A stretch of DNA of 64,000 nucleotides, from assembly GCF_006345805.1 (NCBI RefSeq), contig NC_043013.1:682001-746000 (forward strand). Reading direction: 5' to 3'. Source of the stretch: Octopus sinensis (Eukaryota). The position numbers were made by a program, and so were the translations under genes. Numbering within the stretch: the first letter of the stretch is position 1; each line of letters starts with the position of its first letter. The notes beneath the pieces are model-generated. The model searched no databases. It was not told the DNA's origin and worked only from the letters and a program-made list of their open reading frames with translations. Positions 26,211 through 54,900 of the stretch are shown here, piece by piece.

Positions 26211-27368
26211 TAGGCTTAGCAGCCCTTCCTGTTTTCACTGTCCCTGTTTGTTACCAATTTTGGCCTTCTGCAAAATCCCAATTTTTATTTAATTTGCTTT
26301 GTGGGAGCAACTGTTTTATCGAAAATGTATATTGTTGTTAAATGCTCGAAATATGAGAGTAGAAAAACAGCCAACAACTGATGAAGAGTCATTCTTTATG
26401 TTGTTTGTCTTGTTTTCCATTTGTGTCTTTTGTTGTTTGAAAAAATAATTCATGCTCCACGTACTCGTGCTTTGTACTTTTTTTGTTGTACACATTTCGT
26501 GACATCGTGTGCTCACATATGCATATACTTATATACATATAGATGTAAGTATGTACATATATGTATGTATATATGCATATATATATATATATATATATAA
26601 AAACATTCGAGCAAGGTTGTTGCCAGTGCCGCTGGACTGGCTCCTGTGCAGGTGGCACATAAAAAGCACCATTTGAGCGTGGCCGTTGCTGGTACTGCTT
26701 GATTGGCCCTCATGCCGGTGGCATGTAAAAGCACCCACTACACTCTCGGAGTGGTTGGCGTTAGGAAGGGCATCCAGCTGTAGAAACTCTATCAGATCAG
26801 ATTGGAGTCTGGTGCAGCCATCTGGTTTGCCAGACCTCAGTCGAACCGTCCAACCCATGCTAGCATGGTAAGCGGACGTTAAACAATGATGATGATGATA
26901 TATGTCTATATGAGTTAGAGGTTAAGCGACCATCTAACAGATAATAAATATCCAGTATACTACCGGATGTATACTTACGTATTTATATCCAAGTGCCTAC
27001 TGTTGCAGGGCAATATTGCAATTGAATACTAGGAATGGGGGGGGGGGTAAATTGGAAATTTACCCAGGATTTATAAGGCAAATAAGAAAATGAAGTGGAT
27101 CATCCATTGACAAACATCAGCCTGTAAACATTAATTTGGATCAATTAATTAATTAATTAATTACAATCATATGTATAAGTAATCAAAACAAACAAATAAA
27201 TAAATAAATGAATTAATAATTCTTATTCATTTATTTATTTTTATTTATTTACTTGTCTATTTGTTTATTTTGATTACATATGATTGTAATAAATTAATAA
27301 ACATATCCAAACGAATGTTTACAAGCTGATGTTTGTCTATTGAGTATCCTCTCCATTTTCTTATTTGC

Positions 27369-27483
<115 letters not shown>

Positions 27484-27649
27484 TAAAGATCCAGAGATCA
27501 AGTTGTAGGGTTTATTGTCAGGTGAAAGCAAAGGAATGGTAGAGCATCAGACCATACGACTCTAGTTTAGGACCCCAACATTCTCAGTTCATACCCTGTT
27601 GTATTATGATCAATTTTGCTTTCCATCATTTCCACCCAGGTTTGATTAA

Positions 27650-27861
27650 CCCTTTCGTTTCCAACCCGGCCGAAACTGCTTCTGGCTCTGTAGTACAAAC
27701 GTCTTGTTGTCATAAGTTCTGAATTAAAATCTTCCACCAAACCTTAGTCACAATTTATGTTCCTAACTTAATAAGTTATTTTACTAAATTCTTTGTTATA
27801 TTTAAAATTAATTGAAAGAAAGACAGAAGAGCATCTCAACAGAAATATGGTAACAAAAGGG
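27650..27861. mobile_element. piggyBac-type MITE
   Basis: TTAA TSDs (27646-27649, 27862-27865); TIR CCCTTT(C/T)GTT(T/A)CCA. Confidence 0.8.
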
Positions 27862-28829
27862 TTAAGTGTATTGCAGTAAAAACACCAGAGTAAACCATTT
27901 AACTATGTCTTGCTTTGGTCTTGTACCAATGTAAGAAATATTATTATGGTAACAAGAAGCTTGTCATTATTTGAGTTGGTCTTAGTAACTTGTTTTATAA
28001 ATTGTAAGTCAATACTCATTTCCTTTCTATTTGCTTAAATAGCTGTGCCAACTCTTCTAATCTTTCTTCATATTGTCTCTCTAATCTCTAGGTAAAGAGA
28101 TTAACTGCTGTCAATATATTATTTTAATCTTATCTCTAATTATTCCTTTGGTGTAGCTTTGACGTAAATAGTTTTGTAGCAACATGAATTCAAAGGTAGC
28201 CAGTTGCAATCTGATAGGCACTTCTTAAAATCTAATAGCAGTTTACTATTACAACTTAAATCAGTTAATCCAGTGTCGATATATCCAGGTTTAGTCTGCG
28301 TGGGTGTGGTGAATGTCTATCCAGGGTTAAACACAAACAAAAATAGGGCAAAAGAAAAAAAAAAAACACTGAACAAGAATACAAAGATTAGATTTTTCTA
28401 AGAAAAGAGAAAATGATAAAACTATTTCAGGCTGTTGATTTTTTGTTAAGATTGATAGAAAAGAAAGTGAAAAAAAAAAAAGAAAAAAATTAAAAGAAGA
28501 AAGCAGTAAAATGAATCATGGGAAATTTGTTTTATGTATAAAGTTCCACATGGGAAAATTTTTTCCTTTTCCTATAGTTTTACGTCATTTTTATCATTGA
28601 TTTTATGTCTGTTTTTTTCCATTTTAGCATGGAATAGGTGAGGCAGTATTCTTTAGCAACATGTTCTTCTTGTTGCCAATCCTTATTTATAGCTACTTAT
28701 TTCTCTGTAACATATTTATTCTCTTGGATTTACCAGTGATGAATCACTGAGTGGCTGGGCTTGCTTTTGTGGCCAAGCACAGACAACAGTCACTGAAGTG
28801 TGCCAAGGAAGTTGGCAATGTCAAGACAA

Positions 28830-28868
<39 letters not shown>

Positions 28869-29440
28869 CTCTCACACACACACACACACGTACAGTGGCT
28901 TACATATAGATGGTAATTATGTTAGTATGGTGTGGACACTGGACAAATATAATTTATTAGAAGATTGTAGTGGAGAGAGTCATTGTCACTCCTGTGGGAT
29001 TGGAAGAATGGACCAGCCGAACTCTTATAAAGAGTAACATATTGGTTGAGATGAGAGAAGTCATAGGAGTCGTTGAGAGTTTGGTGTGTTTAGTGGAGTA
29101 ATTTGAAGTATGTTGTGTGAAGACAGTTGTGTCTATCCCTGCTTCATGAAATCTGTATAGCCAACGTACAGAACAATATAAGAAAGATACATCTGGAAAC
29201 ATTTCAGTCGAGATTGTTTGGGACTTATTTTAATGTTCTGATAATGAAAGAGAATGCAAAGCCTGTCTGTGGAGAACTTGTATGGAACCAAATACCATAA
29301 AGCTTATTCTTCTGTGAGCCCTTTTCATGATAAAGTGTCTCTCTTTTGGATGGATTAAGACATGCTATGAGATGTACATGTGTTGGTTATATATCTTTCT
29401 TTTACACACACACACACACACACCTACAAAAACAAATATA

Positions 29441-29690
29441 TTGGGTTGGTGCATAATTATTGTGGCTTTTTTTCAACAAATTTTATTCAACAAAATCAAT
29501 AACAACATGTAACAAAAACATCTTTAAATGATTATTCTGGAGCATAATCACCATCTACTTCAATTACTGCATCCCATTTCCTTGGCAGCTGGTCAGACCG
29601 TCATTTAAAGATGTTTTTGTTAAATATTGTTATTGTTTTTGTTGAATAAAATTTGTTGAAAAAAACCGCAATAATTATGCACCAACCCAA
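29441..29690. mobile_element. Mariner-type foldback MITE
   Basis: TA TSD; same TIR as 1829-2047; inverted arms extend ~90 bp. Confidence 0.88.
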
Positions 29691-31551
29691 TATATACATT
29701 CATACATACAAATATATACATTCATACATACAAATATATACATACACGCACATATATACACATACATACATATTCATCTGATGAGCTTCTGTCTAGTTCC
29801 TGTCTATGGAAAACTTAGGTCAGTACAAGATTATGATGAAAGTTGCTTGCATAAAATATTGCTTGGTGAAACTAAAATCAGAAACCATGTGATCATGAAG
29901 CAAGCTTTTAAACTACATGATCATACCTATATCATTTCTTGTGCCTTACCAAAGATTATGGAATATGATCTTCTCAGACTGGTCCAGAACAGACCTTGAA
30001 GAAAATGGGAAGTCATCGAAGAGGTTGTGAATAGTGACAAAAGGGCTTTTACTAACAAACAACCTGCTTGTTTAACCAGCACATTAAACGAATAATTGAT
30101 TCATTGGTTGGATATTTAACCAGTTGACTAACAATTTAAGAAGTGATATTGAACCAGTGTGTGTGTTTTTATCATAGGTGTAATGACCCTCCCAAGACAC
30201 AACAAGATTCAAAGAAATGTTTACAGCATGAATGTTTATCTTCATTTATTGGCCATTTTGGTTGTTCTGTAAGGTGGTGAGCTGGCAAAAATGTTAGCAA
30301 CGTCGGGCAAAATGCTTAGTGGTATTTCGTCTGTCTTTATGTTCTGAGTTCTAATTCTGCCGAGGTTGACTTTACCTTTTGGGGTCGATAAATTAAGTAC
30401 CAGTTGCATACTGGGGTCGATCTAATTGATTTACCCCCCAAAATTCCTAGAGTAGAAAAGATTATTGGTTGTTCTGTTCATTAACTTCATGTCTACTAAA
30501 ATATATGATCTACACTAATGTATTATGAATTGTATTGCCTATAAAATTAGTATCGCTATTTCAGCCACTGTTTCTTCCGTAACCCTCATATTTATTGTCC
30601 ATAGACTTGCTTGGAACTTAGAATTTGTCCTTCAAACATACGATTTTGTAAGTGCATACATGTTTGGCAGTACTTACACATGAAAGTGGTGTTGCACAGG
30701 TTGTTGCTATGTGCCTCGTTTGTTTGCCTTCATTAACCCTTTCATTACCATATTTATTTTGAGATACTCTGTATTTCTTTCAATTACTTTAAATACAACA
30801 AAGAATTATTGAGAATTCCTAGTTGTGTTATTCAAAAACTGACTACAAATAGTGAAACTTTTTCAAATTGCTAGGTCAACAAGTGGGTTTTTTTTTATAT
30901 ATCATTTAAAAAGTATTTGCAAAGACATTTTCTCAGAAACTCCTACAATTGTAAAAAAATAGATCTCCTTTGCAAAGAATCAGTCACCGGTGCAATTTGT
31001 TTTGTTCCTCATGCACTGCACCAAATGCACTCAGCATTTTTATTGTATTTACTTGGGTATTATTTTTTTTAGAACATGTTTAGATTTTTGTTTTTTTGAC
31101 ATATTTTTACAGCAAGAAAAGAAAGAAAAAAAACAGTAAAATCTAAAAGATCAAATTATCAATTAAAAACAACAACAACATAAATCCCCTTAACAAGAAA
31201 ACAAAGAAAAAGGAAAAACAAAGAGGGGGCTGGATTAAGCCCCTGACCAAATGGGTTGTCCATCTGTACCCTGTGGACATAATTGCAAAGGTGTTTCAAC
31301 GGAGAATGGTCACTGCAGCAGTTACCCCACCCCACCTTGCTGGACTAAATTAATATTTAAATGAAATTTATCTTACAGATTAAAATTTTCTTATAGTTTG
31401 TACATTGATATTTATTTTAGGATAAATATTAATTCATAAATTGTTATGGTTTAATACTTATCTGATAACTAGTATATTTTTGTTGTTTTTTGTATTCTTT
31501 TGCTAATTGTCTTATTTTATTTTTCTTCCTTTCTAGTTTTCAACTGCAAAC

Positions 31552-47728
<16,177 letters not shown>

Positions 47729-47864
47729 ACCAACTCACCAAAGACTGCTAGATTTCTCCCATTTGTGTTCTGTCTGTTCTTATTATAGTATATGGCATGT
47801 TTCTGTCCCTTTATTACTGAAATCATTCTCTTGTTGATTAATACCTCTCAACATTGTACCTATA

Positions 47865-47880
47865 AATAAAATGTAATAAA
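47865..47880 (+). terminator. Candidate LFG polyadenylation signals (two AATAAA)
   Basis: AATAAA at 47865-47870 and 47875-47880, ~140 nt after the stop codon. Confidence 0.5.
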
Positions 47881-48879
47881 TGATAATACACTTTGAAATA
47901 GAGCTCTTTTTTCGAAGACAGATTTTGTGAAATTTACTTCACCTTATTTTATCTATTTTTTTCTATCATCATCTTTTGTAATATTTGCATTTTCTAGAAT
48001 GAACAAAATAAACAATTATTTCTTTACAAGTTTGTCATTTCTTTATGCTGTCAGATACATCATAAATTACTCTGTAAAATATCTTCATTTAAAAGTATTT
48101 GGCAGCTAGCTTTATAAATACAAGTGCTAAATATTTCACTGATTCAGAGATACAACAATCTTACAAAAAAAAAAAAAAAAAAGGACAAAGTTCCTTTTAT
48201 ACTTTGAAGGTTTAGAAAAATTTTTTGTTCTGTAAACTTCTAGTTTAAATTTTGGGGTTGCAATCGTTTGGCAGTTACCTGATGTGTGATCATTGAAGAG
48301 CCATTTTAGCTGTTTAAGAATACAAAAACCATTTATTTAAAATTATTTCTTAATCATATAATCTTTTAGATTATGGTATAGTCTTTGTAGTGGAATTGTC
48401 AGCAATAAGATTACAGAAGTATAACAAACCCTGACACTTCGTAAGAGACTCTGCTATTTTAACAGAGAAATGGAAAATGAATTTAACTGATTTTTGTCAG
48501 TTCTTAAATGGCTAAAATGACTCTTCCATGGTATATTTGTTATATTTAAATATCTTGAATATTATTGAATAGTAGTTTTTTTCCCCCCTTCTTTGACCCC
48601 CCCCCCCCCGCAACTTTTTTCTTTTTTGGTGGGAGGGGGCATGATATCAGACCATTTTATTATTAGTGCTTTAATTTATAGACTGGTGACAAAAAGCAAA
48701 TGTTGATCCAAGCAGGATCTAGGCATGAAATATTTAGTTCTTTGTGTTGGATCATTTTAAGATATTTAATTCAGTATTTTCATTCATCACTCCCACCTTG
48801 CAGCCTGTTGAACAAATAAAAAGATGAATAATTTGCTTCTCTTATTATTATATATTTCATAAAAACATTTCGGTTGTAA

Positions 48880-48990
48880 TCAAGATCTTTCCAAATATTT
48901 TTCTAGAAATTCCCATTCTAAATCTTGAGGTTGTGAGAAGGAAGCAGATATTGTTTGAATTTCAATTTTTCCTGAAGACAAACATAAAAT
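48880..48990 (-). CDS. WDR60: WDR60 last coding exon
   Basis: tcccag|ILCLSSGKIEIQTISASFSQPQDLEWEFLEKYLERS*. Confidence 0.87.
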   Translation of the reverse strand: MLCLSSGKIEIQTISASFSQPQDLEWEFLEKYLERS

Positions 48991-51900
48991 CTGGGAAAAA
49001 AAAGAACAGGCCATGGTTAAATATATAAAGATACATTGGGTTCATTTAACAATAGAGAGGTTAAAAAAGGAAAAGGAGATTTAATGCAGCAAAACGGAAA
49101 CGAAGCAGTCAAAACAGACACAACATGACTTGCTAAAAACAGCAGACAGGCACTGTCATGCCTTTGGATGTCAGAAGTGAAAGTAGAAAAATCTGACGTC
49201 AGACGTCAACTTCGTGTATTTACGTCATGTTTAAACTTTTGTTTATTTACGTACCACCACGCTAGGTTTATAAAAGCTTGAAGTTAATTTTTAAAATAAA
49301 TGTGATACTTATTCTGTTTAAACTTTATAAATAAATATATTCTTGCATTATTCATTATTGTTTTTAAAAAAGAAATCACACCAAATCTGCACAAATGAAC
49401 CCCCATGACCATCACCGTGATTACATACACCAATCAGAATGACCACTGACCACCACGTGCGTAATTCAAACTTTGAAATTTATTCAGTTAGAAACTTTCA
49501 GTGTGATTATCAACACGTGCGAAACAATTTTTAATATGGCTTTTGCATATCCAAGTTTAAGAGGAATTAGTCATCGCGATATTACCATGGCCACGGCTAC
49601 AACAGCAGATAGCATTAATTGGCTTAAGAGACATGGCCTTTTGAATACCCAGAAAATATGTATATCGTGTGGAGGTAGCATGAGTGAAGTAGCGAAAAAA
49701 AGTATATCGGATGAAGTAATATGGTCGTGTGGAAGGCCTTGTAGAAAATCCATGTCAATTAGAAAAGGAACATTTTTAGAAAATAGTAAATTGAAGTGTC
49801 AACAAATCATAGATATATTGTATTACTGGGCCAAAGAAGATTTAGCAAAAGGAATAGGACAGGAATGTCATTTAGCAAATGTAGCCGTGACAGATTGGAG
49901 GAATTTTTGCCGCGATATATGTGCAGAATATTATGTTGCACAGAATATTAAGCTGGGAGGACCCAACAGAATCGTAGAGATAGACGAAACCGCGTTTGTT
50001 AGGAGAAAATATAATGTTGGCCATCGGGTTAAAACGCAGTAGGTGTTTGGTGCTTTAGAAAGAGATACCAGAAGATGTATTTTAGTGGCAGTGGAAGATC
50101 GGACAGCGGACACTCTTTTACAAATTATACGAGAGCGTATATTGCCTGGTACAACCATAATTTCTGACCTTTGGCGTTCGTATAATACACTCAGTCAGCT
50201 AGGATACAGACATTTGACCGTGAATCATTCAATAAATTTTGTTGATCCGGTAACATTTGCCACAACCAACCACATAGAATGTTTATGGAAACACATAAAG
50301 AATCGAAATAGAAGAGAATGTGGAACAGCCAGAAATTTACTTCAGACCCATCTCATCGAATTCATGTGGCGCTATGAATTTAAGGACGATATATTCGGAA
50401 AGTTGATAGAGCAAATTCGACAGCTATATCCATGTATTTGAGATATACAGAGTATAAGTATCAAGACAGAATGAGTATTGCATTTATTTTTAAACTTAAC
50501 TTCAAGTTTATATTTTGATAATCTCTCCGTTGAAAATAATATTTGAAAATAATTTGCGTTTATTAATTTGATATATTTGATTTTTACATTCTAAATAATT
50601 TGCGTTTATTAATTTGATATATTTACACGCGTTTTTGATTTTGCGTTTTTTAATTTGATAAATTATACGGAAAGAAACGAAGATGGACGAGAAAAAGTGT
50701 GACGTCAAAATGACGTCAGATTTTTCTTCTTTCACTTCTGACATCCAAAGGCATGACAGTGCCAGCAGATAAATTCCCTCAAAGTGCACCCTACCAAGAT
50801 ATGACCACTAAAACTGGAGTGCTTTTAATCATAGGCCTGATTGTTTCCACCCTGTTAAAAATGCAACCCATAACAGTAGCTACTGTTGTACAAAAAAACC
50901 CCTAAACCTTTTTATCTTTTTTAAATAAAAGGTATTTCAGTGGTGAAAGTAAACTTCCTCAATAACTTTGTTAATGCAAAATTGTGAAAACAATGCTCTA
51001 GTACTTCTACCTATTGACTCTGCCAGGTTACTTGTGGTCTTTGTTCCAGCTTTTTGAATTCTTAGTTCAAATCCTGTTGAGACCAACTTGATCTTTCATC
51101 CTTCTGGGATGGTGGTGGTGTCAATAAAAGGAAGTACCAGGGAAGTACTGGGGTCTAGTATCTCTATTTCTCTCAGAATTGGCTGTGCTGCACTGTGAGA
51201 GGGATGTGGGGACTATAAATGGTATCTCTTTCCTCTAAGACAATCACTTCCACTTTTATAATGGGAAGAATACAGCCACCAAAGCTCTAATCAACAGCAT
51301 GACACATAATGATGAAATTAGAAACATTTCTGTCCAACCATCCTTGATATATTTTACAAAATATTTGCTATCCTACAAAAACAATACATGGATCTAATTC
51401 AACCATGGTGACACTTTTTATTCATTTTTCTTTGAGGATTTGTTTGTTTATCAGGGGATTGGTGTTCATCTCAAGCTTTTAAGCAGGTGAACCAAATCTC
51501 TCCCTGGCCCAGCACAAGGGAGATTAAATAGAATGGTTTCAAATTTTGGCAGGAGGCCAGTGATTTTAGGAGAAAGGGTAAAAGCTGAATACATTAAGTA
51601 TAATCTTCGACTGATCCTTTATTTTATTGACCCTCAAAAGGAGAAAGACAAAGGTTGACCTTGGCAGAATTTGAACTCTGAACATAAAGGGTCAGAAGGA
51701 AAGCTGCCAAGCATTTTGTCCAACATGAGAATGATTGACAGCTGACCACTTTAAATATTTAGAATTCTGACACAAGGCCAGCAACGTGTGTGTGTGTGTG
51801 TGGGGGGGGGGTTGATTACAGTTTTCCCTTCCCCTGCTCAACTGGAACTTATTAACTTTGAAAGGATGAAAGGCAGAAGAACCTGAAGAGCCTGAAGAGA

Positions 51901-54900
51901 TATTGCTAAGCATTTTGTCTGCTGCAGTAACAACTCTGCCAGCTTTCTATGGCCAGAAAATTAAATACTGCAGGTTAAACAAACCATTCGTCAATTTTAC
52001 ATCTGCTGCTCTTCCCAGGTTGTGAATTATCCCCTCAGTGGTACATACTCGAAGTTAAGTGGACTGAATTGTTGTGAGTTAAATATTTTGTTTAAAATCT
52101 TATAACAGGATGTGAACTCTAAATCTTACAGTTGCTCCAGTCTGAGCTTGTATTACTTTTTCTCGGTTCTTAATGGGTGCTTGAAATTAAAGTGTGCAAC
52201 CTACAAAGCTTCTGTTTTGGTCTTTTGATCAACTAAAAGCACACACAGTTTATACGTAGTTAAATTTATGTTCATTCAGCTAACTAAAGGACCCATTAAT
52301 GAATCCAATGCTTTTGATGCTTCTTATATTAAGGGGTTGGACAAAGAGAGAAATGGAGATACACCAGTGCTAATTATATTAGTAGATATTATCAATAAAA
52401 ATGTGGAAACAGAGACAATATTTTGATTATGAAGTCAGTGAATTGCCAAAAGAGAAGAATTTATGTTGCAAGATATCAACTGATTTTTAATTTCTATTTT
52501 ACTGCTCGTTACATGTAAGTGGAGGTATGTGGGTTAATGGTTAGGGTGTTGGACTCGTGGTTGTAAGATTGTGGGGTTTCGATTCTTGGATTGGGTAATA
52601 TGGTGTGTTCTTGTTTCAGTCCACTCAAAGGTGAATATTGTGCTAAAGAATCCAGGAAGCCGGTCCTGTGTGTCTGTCTGACTCAGGAAGGATCTTTACA
52701 TGTAAGAAATTCAGGCATTTATAACATCAACAGCTAGGCTGGCCTCTGAATCTCTTTGACTATGAATTGGGATGGATTCAAAATAAGGAAGATCTGCAAG
52801 CTCTAGGTTGCAACAACATTACCCTGATAATTTTCTTGGAATCATTATCAGGAGGAAATAGCTTTGTGTAAGTCAGAAATGGCTATGAGCTTTAAAAAAT
52901 GTATGTTGCAACCCCAAGGCTCCAGATTTGATTCCACAGTGTGGCACCTTGATTAAACATGTCCTTCACTTGACCAGTACTTTATGAGTAGAATTTGGTA
53001 GATTGGAACTGTACAGAAGTCCATTGTGTATGTATGTGTATAGCTTACAATGCAAGTGAGATGTGAAATAATGTACCATTGGTAAGAAAACCAGAAAGCC
53101 TGGAGTTCTTTGAAAAAAGTCTTTGCAGTATTGGTCTTGCATTGAGTTCCTGTCTACATAATGCTCTTATTCGAATATAATGAATCACTTAAAACAAGAA
53201 AAAATAAACTTCTTTACCATTCTTTCATTTGGTATTGTATGACTTTTGTCATCTGAATGACAAAATATTTCCATCGCAGTGATTCTATAAAAGCGAATGA
53301 AAATATAAAACTAAAGATTAGAAACAAATTGTTTGAAAAAAATTGTTAAAATATCTTTCTTTTCTCACAAAATATTTCAATGTAGGATTTTATGGAAAAA
53401 TAAAATTAGACTCTTAATATGTTTTAAGTTAATACATAAACCAACATAAAATACATGGGTGAAGCTAGGTTAAAGGAATAAAAAGATAGTGGGTGGACGG
53501 TCGTTAAAGAGTGTTCATAGCAAAGGAACAAGGCTATGTTACCATTGTAATCACTTCAATGTATATTCATAAAGTAAATATTATTAAAATATTCTGGTCA
53601 ACTTGTATAAATTGCACATAGAACTAATCATTTTGAGGCTTTCTTAGAGACTGCACAAAGTGTCAATAACAACTTCCCAATACCTCTGGTGAACTTCTCA
53701 AATGAATGGCTATTTTTGTTCCTCAGTTTTTTACCAATCGCACCAATATCATTTTACACCTATGCGAAAGATAAAACAATTTCTTTATTCGTCTTCATTT
53801 CAATATAACTATATATCTTGTCTGCTATCAACATCAAGAAATACCTTTGGCAGCTGCTTCCACCAAAATAAGAACATTTACTGTTCTGACAATCCAGTAA
53901 TGTTAAAGAATATCAATTGTATAACAGCATTAGCACCAGTGAACACTACTGTATGGGACTTGTTTGGTCAGCCAGTCCTGAAATGCAGGATATCACAAGA
54001 ATTGGGCTAACCTTGTTTACATTCTTTTTAGAGGAAGTGGGGAACTTCCTATTGGGAGGGAGAAAGCTGTAACTCTTCTATCATTTGTTTCTGTTCTGTA
54101 ACAGAATCATTACAAGACTGGGTTTTTGGTGTAGAAAACTTCCAACAAGATGACCCCGAGAAACAACTTTCAGTTCAAAAGATTCTTTTGACGTCACATG
54201 CTAGAGCTATCAGTCTCTCCTGGAAGAAACTTATGCTTTACATTGCTAGAGCCACATCAAAAGGAGACATTTCTTTTCCCCCCTTTCCTTACAAACAAGA
54301 TATTTCAGCTCTTTGGTATTAGGAAGGGCATTCAGCTGTAAAAGCCATGTCAAAACCGACAGTGAAGCCTGGTGCAGCTCTCAGGCTTGCCAGCTCCTGT
54401 CAAACCATCCAATCCATACCAGCATGGAAGATAGATGTTAAATGATGATGATCTCCTATCTGCCTTAACTTGTAGCCCATGGTATTATCTGACTTCCTGA
54501 AAAGGTTTGAAAACAAGTTTTGATTCTAGAAAATTATTATTTTTAAATCTCACAATGAGAGATATTCAGCAATAGTACTTTGGAGTAAAGACTGTTTGCC
54601 AACATAACATGGCAGTCCTAGTTTAGGACGAATGTTGCTGTAATTTAGCCCCAGGAGACATTGTCTCCAGCTGGCTATATGACGCTGAGCTGAGTGGGGG
54701 TGCTAGGTTCCCTTGTTTGAAAATATAAGGACCCAGATCATGTTGTATAGCCAGCTGGAGACAATGTCTCCTGGGGCTAAATTACAGCAACATTCATCCT
54801 AAATCAGGACTGCCATGTTATGTTGGCAAACAATCTTTACACCAAGTTTTGATTCTGTTTTCAAAATGAGATATATTTGCATACAAAAGATCATTACCTA

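Noticed and set aside
26365-26400. CTGATGAAG in the foldback-family arm (also near 42415 and 42833)
   Set aside because: Not followed by a stem II and GAAA; no hammerhead fold.
28890-29290. Possible decayed Tx1/L1-like ORF2 C-terminus
   Set aside because: Only vague compositional resemblance with many stops; no diagnostic motif.
48165-48182. 18-nt poly(A) as a retrocopy tail
   Set aside because: No upstream retroelement or intronless gene and no TSD. It may cause internal oligo-dT priming artefacts.
53684-53759. Alternative WDR60 penultimate exon with correct phases (ends ..SSPE)
   Set aside because: Contains an in-frame TGA at 53723-53725; 53218-53284 is open and matches the expected R-[LI]-x-A-M start.
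53702-54330. + strand ORFs (102 aa at 53702 and ~70 codons from ~54104)
   Set aside because: No recognisable homology or splice partners; they lie antisense within a WDR60 intron.
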